This document shows positions 10,950 to 20,051 of a DNA stretch of 64,000 nucleotides, piece by piece. The position numbers and the translations under genes are program-made. The DNA is taken from contig CAWBQQ010000001.1 in NCBI GenBank assembly GCA_963790995.1, positions 514,034-578,033 on the forward strand. The letters run 5' to 3'. Source of the DNA: an uncultured Bacteroidota bacterium (GTDB taxonomy: Bacteria; Bacteroidota; Ignavibacteria; Kryptoniales; JAKASW01). Every line of letters begins with the position of its first letter. Positions within the stretch are counted from its first letter, which is position 1. The notes below the pieces were generated by a model, which was given only the letters and a program-made list of their open reading frames with translations, was not told the origin of the DNA and searched no databases.

Positions 10950-13900
10950 TCATTTCATCAACAAGAGCTTCTTCACCGATATAAATCTTTCACCGTTGTT
11001 CCCATCGGCCATGATGCGGCAGAAATAAACTCCGCTGGCAAGTTTCGACGCATCAAGAGTAACTCTGTAATATCCCGCATTTTGTTTGTCATTCACCAGC
11101 ATCTTTACCTCTCTTCCGAGTACATCGTAGATTTTCAAGGTAACATGGCTGGCAATCGACAACTGATAGTCGATGACAGTTGACGGGTTGAAAGGGTTCG
11201 GATAATTCTGACTCAACCCGAATGATTTCGGCACGTTATTCCCGATTTGTTTCACGCCAAGAATCGTTATGGTGTCGCTTCCGCCGGCTTCGATATACCT
11301 TGCCTTGAACTCTTGCAAATAAAGATTAGCGATGCGGGCACTGTGGATGATGAGCGTGTTTTCGTCGTTCACGGTTTCTGCAGAAGTTGACCAATTATGC
11401 GAGCCGGTAATGACGATTTCGTCAGCCCTCGAATTGTCGGCATCGATTACCGCATATTTGTGATGAAGAAGCCCCGTTCCGAGGGCGCTTCCCTTCAAGT
11501 GAACGTCGATTCCGTTCGTCTGCAAAAAGCTAAACTGATTCCCGCTGTCGGTGTTGTTGTCCATTACGACTCTGACTTTATCGCCTGCCGCGTTTTTTGA
11601 AACGAGCTCCTGTGCCAGATCGCTGCGAGTAAATGTAAACATGCAGATATTGATTGAGCTTGTAGCAGTGGCAAGCGTTTGATATATGTGAAGCGTCGTT
11701 TGGTCCGACGGGCTGAAGTAAAGTTCGACAGGCGTTCCATTGATATTAAACTTGTGCGGCGTAATATCCGTTTTGTCGGCGCCGAAACGGGATCGAGTTG
11801 AATCCGGTGTATCGGTCGAGCTTCCCCACATTTCGTTGAACTCCATCGTGTAAGCGTTCGCGAGCGCCTTATCCTGTATCTCGATTGAATTCTGCGCGTC
11901 ATCGTTGTCGCCCGGATCGGTGGCGTTCCATGATCCTGTCCAGACCCAATCGTCGGTGAAAGAGCTTGTGTCACGGAAATCGAATATCGCAAACTTGTTG
12001 TGCATCAATCCGTTTCCCGCGTCGATCGGATCGTAAGTGTCGGTGATGAACGGAACATTGCTTTTCATCGTGGTCATCGGAACTGTGCCGGCATTGTCGT
12101 TTTCGACGATCATTCTGATTTTCACGCCGCGGCTCTTCGCGCTGAGTAAGGCATTCGCGATATCGCTTCCGACGGTTCCGCTGAAGCTGTACAGTGCAAG
12201 GTCGATCGAATATTTGGCGGCATTTACTCTCGCGAGGAATTTGTTGACTATGTCCACCGTCTGAGCGTTCTCGCCGCTGGAAACGGAGGTATCGACGGAT
12301 TTGTTGAAGTAAACGTCCATGGTACCTGTCGTGCCCGAAGGAGAGGCAGTGCTGAAGATCGCGTCGCCGGTTTGGTTTGTGCCGGACGTGTCCGTGGCTG
12401 CAACCTGATAATGGTACACCGTTGCGGGCCATAAACCGCTCAATGTTATTTCCTGGGTAGTATCGGCGGATGTAAATACAACCGAATCTTTGTATGCGGC
12501 GGACGCACCGTATCTGACGACTCCGTGGGATGGTGAAGCCGTCTTGAATGAAATCGTGACAGAATTCGGCTGAATACTGTTTTCTGCCGGCCCGGAGACG
12601 AAGGCAGGTCCTCCGCCTGTAATAATGTCGGATTGACTTCTGGCGTCAACTTCATAGTTAGAAATGTACGGGGGCGTCATTGTAGAAGTAGTACCGGGTT
12701 TATATTGTTTTAAAATCCCGATCATGTCGAATGTACCTGTGGGAAATGTCAGGTTAGTCGGGACATAACCGCCGGTAGTGCCGGTAACATCTGTGATGGT
12801 CGTATTTGTGGAATTATACGTCACATTATTAACTCTGACGAGGCGTCCCTCGTTCGGCTCCGTGTAATCGTCATTGAAAGACTGGTTTACATCCGCACAG
12901 GTGAGAAGCAGCGGTTCCGGTAAAGGATTGCCGTGGGAATAGATGATCGTTTTCGACGAATCGGGAACAATCTCAATTGTGCCGCGAAACTGGTCTATTG
13001 TGCCGGTAAATATTACGGAGTCGCCCACCTGATAATCATAAGAATGCGTGTAGCTGAAAATGTTTACTCCGGCGGTTGCGTCCTGGATAAAAAGATTTGT
13101 CTGCGGCAGGACACTGAAATCAGCGGTGATTAATCCAGTCACTGTCACGACAGCTCCAACCTGGTACGGTGCGATAGGGACTCCCAGGGAATCATTAATA
13201 TGCAGATCGATGATCCGCACCACTTTAATGACCGTTACTGCGAGCTGGGAATTCACCGGCGACGGCAGGATTGCATCGATCGCAGTCTCGACGATAAAGT
13301 TTCCGGTCATGGATGAATCGGGCCCCGTCACGGAACGAATCAACACCTGCCCTGTGTCCGTTGCGGTAACGGCCGCGCCCGTAATGTTTATTGTATCCTG
13401 GTTGACACCGAAGTTCGCATTTGAAAAGGAATTTCCGGTGAGGGAAACGCCGGAAGCATTCATTGACCATGTGAAATCCGCCGGGACTATGACGATAATG
13501 TTGGCGATGGTGTCTTGTTGGTCGCTCGCGATCTTAATTGAGAAATCGGATGTTTGCTTCGCCGTTACCATGGCAGGTGATATTTGGGCGGATCCGATTC
13601 CGCTGCCGCTCGCAGCAATCGAAGCCACGCTGCCAATGATCACTATATTGTTCAATCGAAAATTACCGGTGCTTGAAGCTCCATACCCCCATATCCTGAA
13701 AGTTATGGTGCTTGCTGTTGCGGACGGCAATGCAGTAAGAGCAAACTGGGTCAATGAAGATGTATTTGTGTTGGGGGTTTCCCCAAGAGCCACTGTCCCC
13801 GAGGTTGCAAAACCGTCCAGACTATATTGCACCTGTACTTTCTGCGGACCCGTTGATGTACAGCCTGCCTTGAAAGTCAAAGACGAAATTGTTGCTTCAT

Positions 13901-14168
13901 AACCGGGGTTGGGTGTGATAGAAAACTGCCAGTATTTACCGGTCGCAGAAAACGTTGTGGACGTTGACCACGATCCACAATAAATGTCACCGGGGCTGGT
14001 CTGATAACCAATCGTGGTCGCGGGAACCACACTGATCGCACTTGCGGTCAGGTTGTTGTCTGTGGTCGTGGCATTCGTCACGGCAGAAGTCAAATCCCAC
14101 GCGGCAATCTGTCCCCATGCATTTGCGCTCGCAAGCGCGACGAAAAATAGTGCTGTTATAAATTTCAC
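10950..14168 (-). CDS. Large secreted PLD/HKD-superfamily protein (putative extracellular nuclease/phospholipase) with T9SS sorting domain
   Basis: Two HKD motifs (HNKFAIFD, HHKYAVID...GSHNWS), an OB-fold-like and an Fn3-like segment, C-terminal NYPNPFNPST...LKIYDVLGREV. GTG start at 14168 preceded by AGGAGG; signal peptide VKFITALFFVALASANA. Confidence 0.8.
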   Translation of the reverse strand: MKFITALFFVALASANAWGQIAAWDLTSAVTNATTTDNNLTASAISVVPATTIGYQTSPGDIYCGSWSTSTTFSATGKYWQFSITPNPGYEATISSLTFKAGCTSTGPQKVQVQYSLDGFATSGTVALGETPNTNTSSLTQFALTALPSATASTITFRIWGYGASSTGNFRLNNIVIIGSVASIAASGSGIGSAQISPAMVTAKQTSDFSIKIASDQQDTIANIIVIVPADFTWSMNASGVSLTGNSFSNANFGVNQDTINITGAAVTATDTGQVLIRSVTGPDSSMTGNFIVETAIDAILPSPVNSQLAVTVIKVVRIIDLHINDSLGVPIAPYQVGAVVTVTGLITADFSVLPQTNLFIQDATAGVNIFSYTHSYDYQVGDSVIFTGTIDQFRGTIEIVPDSSKTIIYSHGNPLPEPLLLTCADVNQSFNDDYTEPNEGRLVRVNNVTYNSTNTTITDVTGTTGGYVPTNLTFPTGTFDMIGILKQYKPGTTSTMTPPYISNYEVDARSQSDIITGGGPAFVSGPAENSIQPNSVTISFKTASPSHGVVRYGASAAYKDSVVFTSADTTQEITLSGLWPATVYHYQVAATDTSGTNQTGDAIFSTASPSGTTGTMDVYFNKSVDTSVSSGENAQTVDIVNKFLARVNAAKYSIDLALYSFSGTVGSDIANALLSAKSRGVKIRMIVENDNAGTVPMTTMKSNVPFITDTYDPIDAGNGLMHNKFAIFDFRDTSSFTDDWVWTGSWNATDPGDNDDAQNSIEIQDKALANAYTMEFNEMWGSSTDTPDSTRSRFGADKTDITPHKFNINGTPVELYFSPSDQTTLHIYQTLATATSSINICMFTFTRSDLAQELVSKNAAGDKVRVVMDNNTDSGNQFSFLQTNGIDVHLKGSALGTGLLHHKYAVIDADNSRADEIVITGSHNWSTSAETVNDENTLIIHSARIANLYLQEFKARYIEAGGSDTITILGVKQIGNNVPKSFGLSQNYPNPFNPSTVIDYQLSIASHVTLKIYDVLGREVKMLVNDKQNAGYYRVTLDASKLASGVYFCRIMADGNNGERFISVKKLLLMK

Positions 14169-14430
14169 GCTATCCTCCTGATTTCTTGACGGAATTGTCT
14201 TCGGAAGGCATAATTGTGTCATGATCCGGCACATTGCTTTTGAAACGGCTGTGTCGTCCCACACCACAAACAACCTTCATCTCTTGCCAGTACTGCGTAA
14301 TCAATTTGGAATTCGGCCGTCAAAATGTCAAGTGCAGGCAGTAAACAATTAGAAAATCAAGATATCTACGGAGAATTATATTAAACAACGTTCCAAATAA
14401 AACTCCAACCTTTTAAGAAGCTTCAAAGAT

Positions 14431-14650
14431 GGGTAGTGTCCTAATTTGATTTACGTTTCAGAACAAAAACGTTTAAACCGCAATGTGCCGCCTTTCGGCA
14501 TCCCACATTCCATAGACTATCGATGGTGAGCGGGAAACGCCACGATGCGCAAAGCTTATCATTGAAGGAACACTTGGCGAATCTTTGCGGTCTTGCGGTT
14601 AAGAAAGTCCTTTTGGGGTGTTGCAGAAGGTTGGAATTAGGACACCACGC
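14431..14650. mobile_element. MITE-like element, copy 1 (220 bp), with a nested hairpin module
   Basis: Terminal inverted repeats GGGTAGTGTCCTAATTTG ... CCAATTAGGACACCACGC (the right arm reads GCGTGGTGTCCTAATTGG on the opposite strand). Internal inverted repeat TTAAACCGCAA / TTGCGGTTAA. Second copy at 41967-42139. Confidence 0.6.
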
Positions 14651-14742
14651 AAGAATTTAACTCAATGGGCGCGAGCGCTTCCGCTGCTGGTTACGACTTT
14701 CAATCGGCCATCTATCCAGGGGTTCTGTTGACAAACGCTGTT

Positions 14743-14821
14743 AACCTTGTCAAGGCTTATTTATAAACGATGCATAGCTCCCAGCATTCAGAGAGCTATT
14801 GTCGAGAAGCTTGACAAGGTT
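14743..14821 (+). promoter_or_regulatory. 79-nt nested inverted repeat in the htrA 5' region
   Basis: AACCTTGTCAAGGCTT (14743-14758) is complementary to AAGCTTGACAAGGTT (14807-14821). Inner stem ATAGCTC/GAGCTAT. TTGACA lies within the right arm. Confidence 0.35.
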
Positions 14822-14932
14822 CGCTTTCGGCAATAGGTTGCTAATCGCCGTGAAAATCTTTTCATCCCGTTTTAATTGTGGCTTCACCTTTTTGCCGCAA
14901 TATTATTGACAGATAATAAAGGAGAGAAAGAA

Positions 14933-16471
14933 ATGGCTGAAATAATTAAACGAAAACTCGCATACGGGTTCGGAGCTCTCGGAGTGATAGCATTTATCTT
15001 TGCATTGACAATGGGTCTATCATTCGGAAAGTTCGGCGGCTCGATAAAGGATGTAAAGTTAGGCGCGGCAGATCCACCGATAACCCAACTGCCTCCCGCG
15101 GTAGAACAGCTGAGCAACGCTTTTATTACTGTGGCACATGCCGTAACGCCGGCTGTAGTGCAGATACAAGTAACATCGACGCCGAAGGCGGTGAACGTCC
15201 CGAACGGGCAGAATCCTCCCGACAATATGTTCAAATTCTTTTTCGGGCCGGATTTCCCTTTTCATAATTTCAATATGCCTTCGCCAGAGCCAAGCCCGGA
15301 ACACGCGCTCGGTTCGGGGGTCATAGTGAGCCCCGATGGATACATTATCACAAACAACCATGTTGTCCAGGATGCAGACCATGATGGAATCAAAGTGACG
15401 CTCTTAGACAAAAGGACGTTCGATGCAAAACTAATCGGCCGCGATCCGACGACAGATATCGCAGTGATAAAAATTAACGGGAGCGATCTTCCCGTGGTTT
15501 CATTGGGAAATTCGGACAGCGTCCATGTCGGAGAATGGGTAGTCGCAATCGGAAATCCGCTGGGACTCGACTACACCGTAACGCAGGGGATTATCAGCGC
15601 GCTCGGGCGAAATATAAACATAATTCGGAGTCGATACGGCATCGAGGACTTTATCCAGACAGACGCGGTTATTAATCCGGGAAACAGCGGCGGCCCGCTT
15701 GTTGATCTCCACGGTCAAGTAGTTGGGATCAATACCGCCATCGCTACAAACACCGGAACTTATGAAGGATATGGCTTTGCGGTTCCGATAGACCTCGCAC
15801 ATAAGGTCGCATTGGATTTAATCGATCATGGCAAAGTAATTCGACCCTACATCGGGGTTCAAATTCAAGATATCGATCAAACGATGGCAAAGGCTCTTGG
15901 AATGAAAGACGCTGACGGCGTGCTGGTACAAGCGGTTCAGGACAATTCACCTGCCGAAGAAGCCGGTATCAAGGCCGGCGATGTCATTTTGAAGTTTGGC
16001 GGAGAACCAATTGAACATGCCAACCAGCTTCAGACTCTTGTTGCATCCAAAAGTCCCGGCGACAAAGTTGATGTCGAAATCTTACGGGATGGCAAGGCCG
16101 AAAAGAAGACCGTCACTCTGAAGGAACGAAACGGCGAGGAATTCGCTTCCAATGACAATGAGTCAGGGAGCACTGCAACAACACTGCAATCACTCGGGCT
16201 ATCTGTTCAAAACGCGGACAACGCAACGCTCGAAAAGTACGATGCCAAACAGGGCGTGCTTGTGACCGGCGTTTCTTCCGGCAGCGAAGCTGACGATCGC
16301 GGCATAAAGCAAGGAGACCTGATTACAGGCGTTGACAATAAACCGATAGATTCTGCCGGCGAGATGGAAAAAATCGTCAACGCGCATAAGCCCGGCGATG
16401 CACTGCTCTTTCGCGTAGTTACCTCGAACAAAGTGAATGCATACCTCGCTCTTGAAATCCCTGAGAAATAA
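14933..16471 (+). CDS. htrA: HtrA/DegP-family periplasmic serine protease with two PDZ domains
   Basis: His (TNNHV), Asp (DIAV) and Ser (GNSGGPLV) triad contexts, two PDZ-like segments. ATG at 14933 preceded by AAGGAG. Confidence 0.92.
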   Translation: MAEIIKRKLAYGFGALGVIAFIFALTMGLSFGKFGGSIKDVKLGAADPPITQLPPAVEQLSNAFITVAHAVTPAVVQIQVTSTPKAVNVPNGQNPPDNMFKFFFGPDFPFHNFNMPSPEPSPEHALGSGVIVSPDGYIITNNHVVQDADHDGIKVTLLDKRTFDAKLIGRDPTTDIAVIKINGSDLPVVSLGNSDSVHVGEWVVAIGNPLGLDYTVTQGIISALGRNINIIRSRYGIEDFIQTDAVINPGNSGGPLVDLHGQVVGINTAIATNTGTYEGYGFAVPIDLAHKVALDLIDHGKVIRPYIGVQIQDIDQTMAKALGMKDADGVLVQAVQDNSPAEEAGIKAGDVILKFGGEPIEHANQLQTLVASKSPGDKVDVEILRDGKAEKKTVTLKERNGEEFASNDNESGSTATTLQSLGLSVQNADNATLEKYDAKQGVLVTGVSSGSEADDRGIKQGDLITGVDNKPIDSAGEMEKIVNAHKPGDALLFRVVTSNKVNAYLALEIPEK

Positions 16472-16483
16472 CTTTTTAAGATT

Positions 16484-16515
16484 CAGTAGGGGTTTAACCA
16501 ACTAAACCCCTACTG
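16484..16515 (+). terminator. Stem-loop between convergent htrA and the DUF971 gene
   Basis: CAGTAGGGGTTTA-accaac-TAAACCCCTACTG is a perfect 13-bp stem, followed by a T-containing tract. Confidence 0.5.
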
Positions 16516-16528
16516 TATAATTTGACTT

Positions 16529-16852
16529 TTAAGACCCCGCCAGATTCTTCTGCTCTTCGCAAATCCTCTTCAAGTAATCGAAAGCATAAAGACCCGTATT
16601 ATGGCCATCATCCCATGTTAATCCAATTGCGTAGTTGCCGACGACCTCCGCAGACTTGAGACCATATTTTCCCGGCGTAAGAATCTGTAAAGAAGAAGGT
16701 TTGTACTCACGCCAAAGGATCGATTCGCCCGTACACGCCGCACACGGACACCGGTCGCGCAAATATTTTGTCGATAAGGTGAATTCTGCGTCGTCGTCCC
16801 ACTTAATGAGTACGCTCTCATCGTTCATCTTCTGGAATTTTATCGGACGCAA
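16529..16852 (-). CDS. DUF971 (gamma-butyrobetaine hydroxylase-like N-terminal) domain protein
   Basis: IKWDDD...YLRDRCPCAACTGE...GNYAIGLTWDDGHNTGLY. Confidence 0.75.
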   Translation of the reverse strand: MRPIKFQKMNDESVLIKWDDDAEFTLSTKYLRDRCPCAACTGESILWREYKPSSLQILTPGKYGLKSAEVVGNYAIGLTWDDGHNTGLYAFDYLKRICEEQKNLAGS

Positions 16853-16940
16853 TCATTTTCCTTGTTCTTGTCCACTACGGCGGAGATCAGAATCATGGCC
16901 TTAAGCCATTTCATCGGGCAGGGAATCGCTCTATCCTATT

Positions 16941-17465
16941 TCAGCCTCTATTCTTGATTGCCTTCAACTCAACAAGGACTTCTTTGGCAGAAGTCTGTGG
17001 GTCAACTTTCGGAAATATCTTAACAATCCTCCCTTTCGGATTGATTATGAATGTGACCCTATCCGCCATTCCCCACTTAGAATTATACACACCGTATTCG
17101 TTTACGACTTTTTTGTCTATATCGGCGAGCAGCAAAAAGTTTAGGCCGTATTTCTTGACGAAGTCCTTGTGCGATTGAACATCCTGGACACTCACCCCGA
17201 TCACTTTCGCTCCTTCTTTGGTGATTGAAGAAATGTCGTCTCTGAAATTGCAGGCTTCGGTCGTGCAACCTTGAGTTTCATCTTTTGGGTAGAAGTACAA
17301 AACCACATATTTTCCCTCGAAATCGCTGAGCTTATGCATCCTCCCATCATTTCCTTTCAGGGCAAAATTTGGAGCCCTGTCTCCCTCTTTCATTGTTATT
17401 TGCGCGCTTGCACTTATCGCAAAAAATAGAAGCGCCATCGCGGATACAACCAATTTAGTTTTCAT
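16941..17465 (-). CDS. bcp: Secreted peroxiredoxin, Bcp/PrxQ type
   Basis: Signal peptide plus FYPKDETQGCTTEACNFRD active-site context. Confidence 0.85.
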   Translation of the reverse strand: MKTKLVVSAMALLFFAISASAQITMKEGDRAPNFALKGNDGRMHKLSDFEGKYVVLYFYPKDETQGCTTEACNFRDDISSITKEGAKVIGVSVQDVQSHKDFVKKYGLNFLLLADIDKKVVNEYGVYNSKWGMADRVTFIINPKGRIVKIFPKVDPQTSAKEVLVELKAIKNRG

Positions 17466-17480
17466 ATTTCCTCCTCTAAT

Positions 17481-18227
17481 TTATGTGAAATGTAAATGAC
17501 CAAGTTTCTGGTTCAAGTCGAATCCGAAAAAGTCATCGCCGTTGAAATCGAAATTCGTTTTGCTTTCGTAACCGAGCCAATTCCAATTTTCAACTACTCT
17601 CGCGCGTTCATCGGCCTGAAGTTCATTGAAATTATTAACACTATTCGTGAACTCTGAGTGCCCGTCGTACTTATCGGGATTTACTACAGCAAAAACCCTG
17701 TGAGTCTTTTTCACCTCTTCTAAGATTTCGACATCGACAGATTTTTCTATCAGAGTCCCATCGCCATTCTCCAGCCGGATGCTGTGCGTCTTCACGAAAT
17801 TTCCTTCGTCGTAAACTTCAAGCATCGCCGTCGCTGCGATGCGGGAGACTTTCAGCAGGAAATCAAGAACGAGAAACGCGTTGAACTCGTTGTCCGCAAC
17901 TCTCGTAAAACCGCTTCCGATCATCCCGTCCTCATAACCTCCGCGCTTTACTATGATCAAGCCGTTCGCTTCCAATCTATCGACGATCTCTTCTTCAGAA
18001 TAACCTGCTTTTTCAAGCCTGGAAAACTCTCGATTTATTTTTGCCGTTTCATTTCCGACACGGTCGTAATTCGGAAAAACGATGAACCGACGCAGATTGA
18101 GCTTCCCACCTGTCCAGAAAAACTCCGAGTTATACCAATGCTGCAAGCCGCGGATTGCATCCCACTCTTCCGAGGAGACAAAATTCCTCCCGTCATCAAC
18201 GATACGATAAAAGATACTTCGTGCCAT
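17481..18227 (-). CDS. Hypothetical protein (248 aa), no recognisable motif
   Basis: Long ORF with a 1-nt gap to ribE upstream and a 15-nt gap to bcp downstream. Confidence 0.6.
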   Translation of the reverse strand: MARSIFYRIVDDGRNFVSSEEWDAIRGLQHWYNSEFFWTGGKLNLRRFIVFPNYDRVGNETAKINREFSRLEKAGYSEEEIVDRLEANGLIIVKRGGYEDGMIGSGFTRVADNEFNAFLVLDFLLKVSRIAATAMLEVYDEGNFVKTHSIRLENGDGTLIEKSVDVEILEEVKKTHRVFAVVNPDKYDGHSEFTNSVNNFNELQADERARVVENWNWLGYESKTNFDFNGDDFFGFDLNQKLGHLHFT

Positions 18228-18228
18228 C

Positions 18229-18819
18229 TTACCTCTTTAAGAGACTCTCCACGTATTTTGCAATCATGTCGATCTCAATGTTGACGGATTCTCCGACTCT
18301 CAAATGACCGAAAGTAGTATTGTCGAAAGTATGCGGAATGATAGCAACCTTGAACGAGTCAGACAGTTTCTCCGCAACTGTCAGGCTGACCCCGTTGATA
18401 GAAACGCTTCCCACCGGAATCAAATATTTCATCAACGCCCGCGGAATTCGGAACCGGAACATCCGGCTCATAGGCAATCTCTCAATCGACGCCACCTTTC
18501 CTGTTGCATCGACGTGTCCCTGAACAAGATGGCCGCCCACCCTATCGTTTAAGCGAGCCGCTCTCTCCAGATTGACAAGACTACCCCGCATTAGATTACC
18601 TATCATCGTCTTCTTAATTGTTTCTTCTACTGCTTCGACTCCAACTTGAGTTCTATTTCTCTCAACAATTGTGAGGCAAACTCCGTTCACTGCAAGGCTG
18701 TCGCCTATTTTCAAATCGGCAATAACCTTTCGGCATCCGATAAATATTTTTCTCCCGCCGTTCGTGGAGCCCTTCACTTCATTTACATCGCCAACCTCTT
18801 CAATGATTCCTGTAAACAT
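18229..18819 (-). CDS. ribE: Riboflavin synthase alpha chain
   Basis: MFTGIIEEVG start and duplicated lumazine-binding halves (SLAVNGVCLT / SISINGVSLT). Confidence 0.92.
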   Translation of the reverse strand: MFTGIIEEVGDVNEVKGSTNGGRKIFIGCRKVIADLKIGDSLAVNGVCLTIVERNRTQVGVEAVEETIKKTMIGNLMRGSLVNLERAARLNDRVGGHLVQGHVDATGKVASIERLPMSRMFRFRIPRALMKYLIPVGSVSINGVSLTVAEKLSDSFKVAIIPHTFDNTTFGHLRVGESVNIEIDMIAKYVESLLKR

Positions 18820-18950
18820 TTTTAACCCTTCAAGTGACCCTTTCTCAAGAGAGAGACCTTGGCAAAACCCGTTTGGAGATAGTGCGAGTTTTCCGTGTCT
18901 TGTAACATTTTATCCATGACCATGGAAAAGATTCTTGCATCGAGAGACAT

Positions 18951-20051
18951 TTAGAAATATCCCATGATTGAATGATCAACCCCGACTTGAGAAATCTCGA
19001 TATCTTTCAGAACAAAAGCCTTGGACAAATCATTAATTTGGATTCCATCGCTAAAGCTTGCACCGCGGCCAAGAATTTTTGGCGCAACGAACAGCCAAAG
19101 TTTGTCGGCCATTCTTGATTTTATAAATTGAGAAAAGACATCCGCTCCTCCCTCGACCAAAACCGAAGCAATCCCCATCTCACCAATCCGGTTCAGAACG
19201 ACAGCCGGGGAAAACGTGCCGTTTATTTCACCTTTTAAAGGAATTACCTCGACTCCCTGCCGCTTGAGCGCGTTAATCTTCTTTCTCGCGGTCCTAGAAT
19301 GCTCCTCCAATCTTGATGAGCAGAATAGAATTGTCTTTGCCTTCCTGTCCGTGAAAATTCTTGAAGTAACCGGAGAAGACAAATTTCCGTCCAAGATTAT
19401 CCGAACCGGAGACCTTCCTTTGACCAAGCGGACAGTCAATTTCGGATCATCGATTTTAATCGTCCCTGCTCCGACGAGCACAGCATCATGTTCCGCACGC
19501 AGCTCATGAACTTTTCGCAGCGACTCCTTTGAGGTTATGTATTTAGACTTCCCATTTTTTAAGGCGATCCTCCCGTCAATCGATTGAGCAATCTTCAGAG
19601 TAACAAGCGGAAGCTTTTTTGTCATAAATTTTATGAACGCTTCGTTCAACTTTTCAGCGGGCTGTGATGCCAAGCCGATCTCCACTTCGATTCCAGCTTC
19701 TTTTAACTTCTTAGCACCTTTTCCATTCACAAGAGGATTTGGATCGAGCATCGCCACATAAATTTTCCCCACCTGCTTTTCAATAAGCAGATCGGTGCAC
19801 GGCGGCGTTTTTCCATAAAAACTGCACGGCTCAAGATTCACATAAACATTCGCCCCCGCGACACTTTCGGTAGCGGAACGAATTGCATTCACTTCTGCAT
19901 GTGCCCCGCCGAAATTCTCATGATACCCTTCACCGATTATCGAATTATCCTTCACTATCACGCATCCCACCATCGGATTCGGACTCACATTTCCTTTCCC
20001 ATTTCTTGCAAGTCGAATGCATCGCAGCATCAGGTCTTCGTTCGTAAACAT
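18951..20051 (-). CDS. ribD: Bifunctional riboflavin biosynthesis deaminase/reductase
   Basis: HAEVNAI...LEPCSFYGKTPPC deaminase motifs plus C-terminal reductase domain. Confidence 0.93.
   Translation of the reverse strand: MFTNEDLMLRCIRLARNGKGNVSPNPMVGCVIVKDNSIIGEGYHENFGGAHAEVNAIRSATESVAGANVYVNLEPCSFYGKTPPCTDLLIEKQVGKIYVAMLDPNPLVNGKGAKKLKEAGIEVEIGLASQPAEKLNEAFIKFMTKKLPLVTLKIAQSIDGRIALKNGKSKYITSKESLRKVHELRAEHDAVLVGAGTIKIDDPKLTVRLVKGRSPVRIILDGNLSSPVTSRIFTDRKAKTILFCSSRLEEHSRTARKKINALKRQGVEVIPLKGEINGTFSPAVVLNRIGEMGIASVLVEGGADVFSQFIKSRMADKLWLFVAPKILGRGASFSDGIQINDLSKAFVLKDIEISQVGVDHSIMGYF

Noticed and set aside
13060-13902. 280-aa plus-strand ORF.
   Set aside because: It lies entirely antisense within the well-supported PLD/T9SS gene, with no motif or RBS.
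18820-18950. FMN (RFN) riboswitch in the ribD-ribE gap.
   Set aside because: The length is compatible, but the conserved RFN blocks (GGGTGAAATTCC..., AGTCTGGATG.GAGA) are not present on the sense strand.
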